From contig OY969474.1 of assembly GCA_963700145.1 (NCBI GenBank), positions 1,216,001 to 1,280,000 on the forward strand: a DNA stretch of 64,000 nt, given 5' to 3'. The notes under the pieces were generated by a model, which ran no database searches, was not told the origin of the DNA, and saw only the letters and a program-made list of their open reading frames with translations. Of the stretch, positions 35,689 to 43,027 are shown one piece after another (position 1 is the stretch's first letter; every line of letters starts with the position of its first letter). Source of the stretch: an uncultured Acidobacteriota bacterium. GTDB lineage: Bacteria > Acidobacteriota > Thermoanaerobaculia > Multivoradales > UBA5704. The position numbers were made by a program, and so were the translations under genes.

Positions 35689-36597
35689 CTACTGTATCGG
35701 TTCCTCGGCGCCGTCCTTGCCGCGCAGGAGCTTGCCGAGCCGCGCCAGCTCGGGCGGCTCCTCGCTCTTGACGTCCGGCCATTCGACGCTGCGCGCCGAG
35801 GACGCGGCGTCGAGCCGCTCCCAGAGCGCGCGGTTGCGCACCGGCGCGCCTGCCTGCGTGCGCCAGCCGCGCCGCCGCCAGGCCGGCAGCCAGCGCGTCG
35901 CGCCGTGGCGCAGGTAGTCCGAGCCGGTGTGGAAGGCGACGGCCTCCCCGGCCGGCAGCCGCTCCAGCACTTCGGCGGCGGCCAGGAGATCGACCTGGTT
36001 GGCGGAAGCGCCGTCGGTCTCACCGCGCAGCAGCTCCTCCTCGCCGCCGGGCCGCCGCACCAGCGCCGCCCACGCCCCGCGCCCGCCGCCGGCGGTGACG
36101 CGCAGGAAGACCTCGGTGCAGGGGACGGCGGCCGCGCCGCGCGGCGTGCGCTGGGCGCGGATCGCCGCCGCCGCCAGGCGGTCGGCGCGCTCGTTGTAGC
36201 GGTCGCCGGAGTGCCCCTTGACCCAGTCCCAGGAGATCTCGTGCTGCCGCGCCAGCTCGTCGAGCCGGCGCCAGAGGTCGAGGTTCTGCACCTCGCCCGC
36301 CTTCCGCCGCCAGCCCCGCGCCACCCAGTCGGGCAGCCACTGCGTGACGCCGAGCCGCAGGTACTGCGAGTCGGTCACCAGCCGCACCCGGCTCCGCCGC
36401 CCGAGCGCCTCGAGCGCCCGGATCGCCGCCGTCAGCTCCATCCGGTTGTTCGTGCTCTGCGCCTCGCCGCCGGAAAGCTCGGTGACCTTCCCGCTCGCCG
36501 GGTGGATCAGCACGGCCCCCCAGCCCCCAGGCCCAGGGTTCGGATCGGCGCCGCCGTCGGTGTAGACGGTGACGGCGGGGAGTTCCTCGACGGGCAC
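35689..36597 (-). CDS. rnhA: Ribonuclease HI with a second, degenerate RNase H domain
   Basis: YTDGG..PNPGPGGWG, TNNRMEL, VTDSQY and WVKGHSG..NERAD motifs; second copy GAWAAL...SANQVDL...HTGSDYL...WRRRGWRT. GTG at 36597. Confidence 0.92.
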   Translation of the reverse strand: MPVEELPAVTVYTDGGADPNPGPGGWGAVLIHPASGKVTELSGGEAQSTNNRMELTAAIRALEALGRRSRVRLVTDSQYLRLGVTQWLPDWVARGWRRKAGEVQNLDLWRRLDELARQHEISWDWVKGHSGDRYNERADRLAAAAIRAQRTPRGAAAVPCTEVFLRVTAGGGRGAWAALVRRPGGEEELLRGETDGASANQVDLLAAAEVLERLPAGEAVAFHTGSDYLRHGATRWLPAWRRRGWRTQAGAPVRNRALWERLDAASSARSVEWPDVKSEEPPELARLGKLLRGKDGAEEPIQ

Positions 36598-36620
36598 GGC
36601 CGGGATCTTACCGGTGCGCC

Positions 36621-36860
36621 GGTCGTGGAAGCTCCACGACCGCCGTGGGAGTGCCACAACCGCCGTGGAAGGCCCACAACCGTCGGGGGAGGCTGACGAC
36701 CGCCGTGGAAGAGTCACAACCGTCGGGGGAGGCTGACGACCGCCGTGGAAGAGTCACAACCGTCGGGGGAGGCTGACGACCGCCGTGGAAGAGTCACAAC
36801 CGTCGTGGAAGCCCTACGACCGCCGTGGAAGCCCTACGACCGTCGCGGGAGTCTGACGAC
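36621..36860. repeat. Intergenic array of twelve 20-bp palindromic units
   Basis: Exact 20-bp period; consensus CG(T/C)CGTGG-N5-CAC(G/A)AC; units 4-9 alternate as a perfect 40-bp dimer. Confidence 0.95.
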
Positions 36861-36949
36861 GTCGTGCGAGCCCGGAGCGGTTTCCTTGCGCAAGCACCGG
36901 AAAGCGCGCAGGATCATCCGTCTATAGACATGCGCATCGGAGGTGAGCC

Positions 36950-38185
36950 ATGGCCTATGGCGCGGTTTCAGAGCCCGTCCCGGTTTCCGAGGCCTTCACC
37001 CGCGAGGACGACGCGGCCCTCCAGTCGCAGGCCGCGCTCCTCCTCACCGTCGGCAACCTGCTGCGCTACCGCGATCCGCGCTTCGAGGAGCCGCCGCCGC
37101 TGCCGCCCGGGCCGGGTGTCCTCGCGGCCGAGGCGGGCGAGCCGGCCGGCGAGGCGCCGGTCCTCGCCGAGGAGGACCGCGAGGAGCTGGCCATCCCCGC
37201 CGAGCTCTTCGCCCTCTCCGCTGCCCGTGGCGCGCGCTTCGACGCCCAGTTCATCCGCGAGCGCTCGCGGCCGGACCGCGGCCTCACCGCCACGGCGGCG
37301 CCACGGAGCGACGAGGCAGAGGCGCAGACCCGCGAAGCGGCGCCGCGCCTCGCCGAGCAGCTGCAGGCCGAGCCCGCCGATCCCGTGACCGCCGCCGCGC
37401 TCGTCGAGGTCAACCTCACCAGCCCGGACGAGCTGGTGCGCGTGTCGGCGGCGGCGGCCTACGTCGAGATCGCCCTCGAGCACCAGCTCGAGCCGGCGAT
37501 CGCCATCCTGGTGCAGGGCACCGAGAGCCAGGACCCGCTGGTGCGCGAGGTGGCCGCGACCGGGCTGGCGAAGGTCGTGCCCGGCCACCCGGCGCTCCTC
37601 CGCCTCATGCAGCCGGCCGCCGCGATCGTCGAGGGCGAGCCCGCGCACACCGGCCTGATGGTGCACGGCACCTTCGCGCGGCAAGGCCGCTGGTGGCAAC
37701 CCGGCGGGGACTTCCACACCTACATCAAGACCACGCGCGCCGTCGATCCCAACCTCTACGCCGCCCCCGACCGCTTCGAGTGGTCGGGCGGCTACAGCGA
37801 CGCGGCGCGCGCCCTCGCCGCCATCGAGCTGATCGCCTGGATGAACGACCACCAGTTCGGCTGCCTCGACATCTTCGCCCACAGCCACGGCGCCAGCGTC
37901 GCGATGCTGGCGAGCAAGACCGCCAGCTTCGGGCGCATGGTGCTGCTGAGCTGTCCGGTGCACCGGCGGAAGTATTTCCCCAACTTCGCCCGCGTGCAGA
38001 AGGTCATTTCGATCCGCGTCCGCGCCGACCTGGTGATCCTCGCCGACGGCGGCGGCCAGCGCTTCCGCGACCCGCGGATCGAGGAGATCGTGCTGCCGAT
38101 CTGGTTCAACCATTCGGTCACGCACGATCCCGGCACCTGGGACGCGCAGGGGCTGCCCGGGAGGGTCGGTACGCCGATTTGCTAG
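36950..38185 (+). CDS. HEAT-like repeats fused to an alpha/beta-hydrolase-like domain
   Basis: GGAGG SD; SPDELVRVSAA and SQDPLVREVAATGL (HEAT-like); MVHGTFA and FAHSHGAS nucleophile elbow; C-terminal His. Confidence 0.7.
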   Translation: MAYGAVSEPVPVSEAFTREDDAALQSQAALLLTVGNLLRYRDPRFEEPPPLPPGPGVLAAEAGEPAGEAPVLAEEDREELAIPAELFALSAARGARFDAQFIRERSRPDRGLTATAAPRSDEAEAQTREAAPRLAEQLQAEPADPVTAAALVEVNLTSPDELVRVSAAAAYVEIALEHQLEPAIAILVQGTESQDPLVREVAATGLAKVVPGHPALLRLMQPAAAIVEGEPAHTGLMVHGTFARQGRWWQPGGDFHTYIKTTRAVDPNLYAAPDRFEWSGGYSDAARALAAIELIAWMNDHQFGCLDIFAHSHGASVAMLASKTASFGRMVLLSCPVHRRKYFPNFARVQKVISIRVRADLVILADGGGQRFRDPRIEEIVLPIWFNHSVTHDPGTWDAQGLPGRVGTPIC

Positions 38186-38194
38186 GTTCCCGGC

Positions 38195-38572
38195 GTGCAG
38201 GTCGGTAAGGCGGCGCAGCTCTTCGCCGCGAAGGCGCTCTGGCAGGCCACCGGGCTGCGCTCGGCGGGGCGCGCGTTGGTGCGGGCGCTGGGCTCGCCGG
38301 ACGACGCCATCCGCACCCTCGCCGGCATGTTCCTGGTGCAGGGTGGGAAGAAGGCGGCGCCCCTCCTCGACGAGGCCCTGCGCCGCCGCGAGCACCTGCC
38401 GATCGTCCTGACCCTCCTCGCCGACCTCGGCGATCCCCGCTACGAGCCGGCGCTGCGCGCCTTCGCCGCCGACCCCGATCCCGCCGTCGCCGAGAGCGCA
38501 CGCCAGGCGCTCAAGGTGCTGGAATTCGCACGCGGCGCCGCTGCGGGGCCTAGCGCTTCGCCAAGAGCGTGA
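38195..38572 (+). CDS. Small HEAT-repeat protein
   Basis: LGSPDDAIRTLAG, LADLGDPR and DPDPAVAESARQAL motifs. Confidence 0.75.
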   Translation: MQVGKAAQLFAAKALWQATGLRSAGRALVRALGSPDDAIRTLAGMFLVQGGKKAAPLLDEALRRREHLPIVLTLLADLGDPRYEPALRAFAADPDPAVAESARQALKVLEFARGAAAGPSASPRA

Positions 38573-39122
38573 AGAGCAGGCGGGCGGCGAAGTAGGCCCA
38601 GGGGATCCAGCGGGAGTCGTTCAGCGTCTCGTACCAGGGCGGCTCCGGCGGCTCGTTCGCCTGCCGCTGCCGCGCGCGGCGGCGCAGCTCCTGCCACTGG
38701 GCGTCGCGGACGTCCGCCTTCGGCCCGGCCTCGCCGCCCGCGTGCACCCAGCGCAGCAGCCGGTCCAGCTCCTCCAGATCGAACCAGGCGCCGTGCTTCT
38801 CGCAGACGTCGAGGACGACGCCGCTCTTCTGCGCGTAGTTCTGCCGCCGCATCAGAGCGCCGCAGCGGGGGCAGGAGCGGTAGGCGCGCGGCGGCTTGCG
38901 CGGGCCGTCGAGCAGGGGGGGACGCTCCAGCCGCGCCGGCAGCGGCGCCGGCGGCTCGCGGCGCGCCCGTTCGACGAGCCCCTGGAAGACCGCGCCGTCG
39001 ACCCAGAAGCCGCCGCACGCGTCGCACTCGGAGAGCTCGACCGGCGGCGTCCCCGCCTGGCGCCGGGACAGGCCCTGCTTGTCGCCGCAGGCGGGACAGG
39101 CGGGCTCCGCGAGCAGGCGCAC
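38550..39122 (-). CDS. Protein with two zf-TFIIB-like zinc ribbons
   Basis: CPAC...ECDACGGFWVD and CPRC...DVCEKHGAWFDLEEL motifs. Confidence 0.85.
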   Translation of the reverse strand: MRLLAEPACPACGDKQGLSRRQAGTPPVELSECDACGGFWVDGAVFQGLVERARREPPAPLPARLERPPLLDGPRKPPRAYRSCPRCGALMRRQNYAQKSGVVLDVCEKHGAWFDLEELDRLLRWVHAGGEAGPKADVRDAQWQELRRRARQRQANEPPEPPWYETLNDSRWIPWAYFAARLLFTLLAKR

Positions 39123-39125
39123 GGC

Positions 39126-39920
39126 TCAGTCGCGGCTTTGCGACACGGGACGGCCCTCGCGGTTCTGGAGCGGGCGCGCGGTGTCCTGGTAGCGGCTTTG
39201 GAAGTCCTCAATCTGGTCGTTGGACACCGTCATCGGCTGCTTCAGGACATGCCAACGCATCCCTTCGGTGCAGGCCGGCGTGGTGAGCGATCCCTCATAG
39301 TGGTAGTAGCCGTGCGGTTCCGGCGGCAGCAGGGCGCGCGGATCGAGCGTGGCGTCGCCACCCGGTGTTGCAGCCAGGAAGGCCTTGAAGGCCGGGTTCT
39401 CCCTCCCGCCTCCGGTGAAGCGCACACCGACGACGGCCTCGATCTCGCCGCTGGCGTTGTGGTGGACGAGGTGGAGCTCCAACTCGCGCTCCGGCCGCGG
39501 CTCCGGACAGTGCTCGCAAGGGTTGTGGAAGTGGAACTGGGCCAAGGGGTATCTCTTGCCCTCGATCTCCAGGTAGGGCGGCTCCGTGGCGGCCTGCACT
39601 TGGGCCTGAAGCTCCTGGTCCCAATACACCTCGACGACCTTGAACACCGCCTCACGGTATTTGAACTCGAGCTTCGGCAGGGCAGCTGGCTCGGCAGGGG
39701 CGAGGTCGATCGGCGACTGCTTCACCCCGTTCTCGCACCGGGCGTATGGATATTGGGGCGGGCAGAGCTTCCCCCAGTTGTCGGGTCCGGTGTCGCCTTC
39801 CTTGTAGCTCCACTCGCAGTCGGCTGCCGTCTCGGGCCCGGCGGCGGGGAGGTTCGGGGCCGCGGCCGGCACGCAGGCCGTCAGCGGGAAAGCGACCAGA
39901 CACGCGAGAAGCGTTCTCAC
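39126..39920 (-). CDS. Alpha-class carbonic anhydrase, lipoprotein
   Basis: LTAC lipobox; WSY..G..GP..W, QSPIDL, QFHFH..EH, ELHLVH and YEGSLTTPAC motifs. Confidence 0.93.
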   Translation of the reverse strand: MRTLLACLVAFPLTACVPAAAPNLPAAGPETAADCEWSYKEGDTGPDNWGKLCPPQYPYARCENGVKQSPIDLAPAEPAALPKLEFKYREAVFKVVEVYWDQELQAQVQAATEPPYLEIEGKRYPLAQFHFHNPCEHCPEPRPERELELHLVHHNASGEIEAVVGVRFTGGGRENPAFKAFLAATPGGDATLDPRALLPPEPHGYYHYEGSLTTPACTEGMRWHVLKQPMTVSNDQIEDFQSRYQDTARPLQNREGRPVSQSRD

Positions 39921-39977
39921 GGCGGGCCTCCTTTCAGAAACGATGGGGTGGCGCCGCGAGACTACCGCAGTTCCGGC

Positions 39978-40607
39978 TCAGTGCTCCGCGGCGGTGCCGG
40001 CGCTCCAGGGGGGGACGACGTCGTTCATGCGCGCGTAGGCGATCGCCTGGCCGAGGTGCTCGTGCATGTGGTTGGCGAGGGTGAAGAAGAGCTCGCGGAC
40101 GGTGGCCTCGCGGCCGAAGGCCTGGACGCGCCGCTCGAGGTCGACGGGCGAGGCCTTCTCGAACTCGCTGCGGACGTGCGCGATCGAGCGGTCGAGGAGC
40201 GCCACCAGCTGGGCCTTCTCCGGCGGCGCCTGCTGCAGCGCGGCGGGGTCCACGCCTTCGAGGGCCGGCGCGCCCCAGAGGCGCGGCAGCAGGACGTTGG
40301 TCGCCACGACGTGGGCGTAGACCTCGCCGACCGAGCGCACCCCGTCGCCCGGGCGCCAGCGGTAGAGCTCGGCGGGGGTGGCCTCGGCGAGCGCGCCGAG
40401 CTTCTCGTCGAGCTCGGCCAGGTCGCGCAGGTACTCGCCTCGGAAGCCGGGGTCGGCGGGCGCGGGCGCCGGGGCGGCCGCCGGAGAAGCGACACCGGCG
40501 GGCGGCGGATCGGGAGTGAGGTCGAGGATGGTCTCGGCGGCGGCGGGCGCGGGGACGAGCGCCGCGGCGAAGACGAGCAGGGCGATCCAGCGGAGCGATG
40601 GCTTCAT
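39978..40607 (-). CDS. DinB family protein with signal peptide
   Basis: AGGAG SD; YRWRPGDGVRSVGEVYAHV and HMHEHLGQAIAYAR motifs. Confidence 0.88.
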   Translation of the reverse strand: MKPSLRWIALLVFAAALVPAPAAAETILDLTPDPPPAGVASPAAAPAPAPADPGFRGEYLRDLAELDEKLGALAEATPAELYRWRPGDGVRSVGEVYAHVVATNVLLPRLWGAPALEGVDPAALQQAPPEKAQLVALLDRSIAHVRSEFEKASPVDLERRVQAFGREATVRELFFTLANHMHEHLGQAIAYARMNDVVPPWSAGTAAEH

Positions 40608-40696
40608 ACGGCGGTCTCCTCGGGTCCGGTGCGCGGGCCCAGGGTGCAAAAGCGCGCCGCGGCGCCGTTTCATTCCGGCTAAGATCGGGAATACCG

Positions 40697-41974
40697 ATGA
40701 ATCTCGCGCTCGCCACCCTGGCCGGCCTGTCGGTGCTGGCGGTCCTGGTCTGGCTGCTGCTCCAGCTCCAGCGCACCTCCTTCCTGGCGCGGCAGCTCGC
40801 CTTCCCGCTCTACGTCGCGGCGGCGACGGCGGGGCTGTGGACCGCCACCCTCTTCCCCGCCGGCAAGCCGGCGATGCGGGTCTTCGAGTGGGCGCTCGTC
40901 TTCCTGGTCTGCGTCACCGTGCTGCGCGTCCTCGGGCTCCTCCTCTTCGACGTCCACCTGCACGGGCGCAAGGGGATGCGCCTGCCGCCGCTGCTGCCGG
41001 CGGTGGCCTTGGGACTGGCCTACGTCGTCACGGCGCTGATCAGCCTGAAGCTCACCTTCCGCGAGCTCTCCTTCACCGCCCTCCTCGCCTCGACCGCCGT
41101 CACCTCGCTGGTGCTCGGTCTCGCCCTCCAGCCCATCCTCGCCAACTTCTTCGCCGGCCTGGTCATCAGCCTCGAGCGGCCGTTCCGCATCAACGACTGG
41201 ATCAAGGTCGGGGACACCGAAGGGCGCGTGGTGGCGATCAACTGGCGCACGACGCACCTGCGCACCCGCGACAACGACAACGTGATCTTCCCCAACAGCA
41301 AGATCTCCGACGAGCGCGTCCTCAACTACTTCTACCCCCAGCCGATGCACCTGGAGCGGATCGTCGTCGGCGTCCACTACCGCACGCCCCCCTACCGCGT
41401 GCGGCGCGCCCTGCTGGAGTGCGCGGCCGGGGTGCCCGGGGCGCTGGAGAAGCCGACGCCGGAGGTCTACCTGCTCGGCTTCGGCGAGAGCGCCGTGACC
41501 TACGAGCTGCGGGTGTGGATCGAGGACATCGCGCAGGCGCCGCGCATCGCCAGCGACCTGCGTACCAGGATCTGGGAGGAGTTCAAGCGCGAGGGGCTGG
41601 TCATCCCCTACCCCATCCAGACCCTCGAGCTGGCGCCGCGGGTGCGGGCGCGCCTGGCCGAGAGCGAGGAGGGGCCGCCGCCGGCCCGCCTCTTCGTCGC
41701 CGAGGGGCCGGACCGCGGGCGGTCGCTGGAGCTCGACGGCGCGGCGGTGACCCTCGGGCGCTCGCGCGGCTGCGCGCTCCCCCTCTCCGACCCCAACGCC
41801 AGCAAGGAGCACCTCAAGATCGAATGGACCCCGGAGGGCTATCTGATGTCCGATCTCGGCAGCAGCTTCGGCACCCTGGTCAACGGCCGGCCGGCGACCA
41901 CCGCCCTGCTCCGGCCGCTCGACCGCATCGCCGTCGGCGAGACGACCATCGTCTTCGAGAGCGATGCCCGCTGA
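40697..41974 (+). CDS. MscS mechanosensitive channel fused to a C-terminal FHA domain
   Basis: Several TMs; LGLALQPILANFFAG, ERPFRINDWI, INWRTTHL and IFPNSKI (MscS); C-terminal TLGRS, ASKEH, DLGSSFGTLVNG and DRIAVG (FHA). Confidence 0.9.
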   Translation: MNLALATLAGLSVLAVLVWLLLQLQRTSFLARQLAFPLYVAAATAGLWTATLFPAGKPAMRVFEWALVFLVCVTVLRVLGLLLFDVHLHGRKGMRLPPLLPAVALGLAYVVTALISLKLTFRELSFTALLASTAVTSLVLGLALQPILANFFAGLVISLERPFRINDWIKVGDTEGRVVAINWRTTHLRTRDNDNVIFPNSKISDERVLNYFYPQPMHLERIVVGVHYRTPPYRVRRALLECAAGVPGALEKPTPEVYLLGFGESAVTYELRVWIEDIAQAPRIASDLRTRIWEEFKREGLVIPYPIQTLELAPRVRARLAESEEGPPPARLFVAEGPDRGRSLELDGAAVTLGRSRGCALPLSDPNASKEHLKIEWTPEGYLMSDLGSSFGTLVNGRPATTALLRPLDRIAVGETTIVFESDAR

Positions 41975-42932
41975 GACGCCGGAGCGGCTCGGCCCCTATC
42001 AGGTACTGGCCCCGCTCGGCCGGCGCGGCTCGCTGGTCGTCTACGACGGGGTGGAGGCGGCGAGCAACCGCCCGGTGACGCTCAAGGCGCTGCAGCCTCG
42101 CCTGGCCGAGAACCCCGAGGCGGTGCGCCGCTTCGAGGCGGCGGTCGAGGCGGCGGCGCGGCTCCCCCAGCACGCGCACGTGCTGCCGGTCCTCGGCCGC
42201 GGCCAGGAGGACGGCGTCCCCTTCGCCGCCTTCGAGCGCTTCTCCGGCACGCCGCTGCACGAGGTGCTGCGGCAGCGGCGGCTGTCGCTGCAGGAGGCGA
42301 TGGAGGCCGTCAAGGCGATCTGCCGCGGCCTCCAGCACGCCCACGCCCGCGGCCTGCTGCACGGCAGCCTCGACCCCTGGACGGTGCTGGTGGCGCCCGA
42401 CCTCTCGGAGGTCCGGCTCACCGACTTCGGCCTCGGCCGGCTGCCGGCGCCGACCAGCCTGACGACGACGATCAACACCACCGAGATCACCCTCAGCGGC
42501 TTCCACTACCTCGCCCCCGAGCTGCTGGAGCTCAACGCCCGGGGCGACGCCCGCGCCGACCTCTACTCGGCCGGCGTCATGTTCCACGAGATGCTGACCG
42601 GCCGGGCGCCGGGGGGGAAGTTCAGCCTGCCGAGCCAGCTGAACGGCGAGCTGCCGTCGGAGATCGACGTCGTGGTGCTGAAGTGCCTGGCGCGCCGCCC
42701 CGAGGACCGCTACCGCAACGCCGGCGAGCTGCTGGCCGAGCTCGAGCGCCTGGAGGAGACGCTGCGCCTGCGCCTCCTCTCCGAGCTGCGCGGCATCACG
42801 CGCGGGACCTCGCGCCTCCTCGGCGGCGGCGAGGAGGCCGGCGCCGGCGGCGGCAAGCGGACGCTGCTGCTGGTCGTGGCGATCGCCGTCCTGCTGGCGC
42901 TCCTGGCAGCCGCCGGGCTGCTGCTGACGTAG
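41964..42932 (+). CDS. Hanks-type Ser/Thr kinase-like protein with degenerate catalytic loop and C-terminal TM
   Basis: VTLK, TDFG, YLAPE and ADLYSAG present; HRDLKPxN replaced by HGSLDPWT; overlaps the mscS-FHA stop. Confidence 0.88.
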   Translation: MPAETPERLGPYQVLAPLGRRGSLVVYDGVEAASNRPVTLKALQPRLAENPEAVRRFEAAVEAAARLPQHAHVLPVLGRGQEDGVPFAAFERFSGTPLHEVLRQRRLSLQEAMEAVKAICRGLQHAHARGLLHGSLDPWTVLVAPDLSEVRLTDFGLGRLPAPTSLTTTINTTEITLSGFHYLAPELLELNARGDARADLYSAGVMFHEMLTGRAPGGKFSLPSQLNGELPSEIDVVVLKCLARRPEDRYRNAGELLAELERLEETLRLRLLSELRGITRGTSRLLGGGEEAGAGGGKRTLLLVVAIAVLLALLAAAGLLLT

Positions 42933-42935
42933 GCG

Positions 42936-43027
42936 ATAGAACGCCCGGCACGTGGGCCGGGCGCTACGTCCGCTTTTGCGGCCGTCTTGGTTCGTAGCGC
43001 CCGGCCTACGTGCCGGGCGTTTTCTAT
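42936..43027. repeat. Inverted pair of GTAG-type REP palindromes (REPIN-like) between convergent genes
   Basis: Arms ATAGAACGCCCGGCACGTGGGCCGGGCGCTACG and CGTAGCGCCCGGCCTACGTGCCGGGCGTTTTCTAT are near-perfect reverse complements; each is GTAG plus a CGCCCGGC/GCCGGGCG hairpin. Confidence 0.8.

Noticed and set aside
36621-36860. Possible CRISPR array
   Set aside because: Units are contiguous 20-mers with no unique 25-45-bp spacers, and there are no cas genes in the window.
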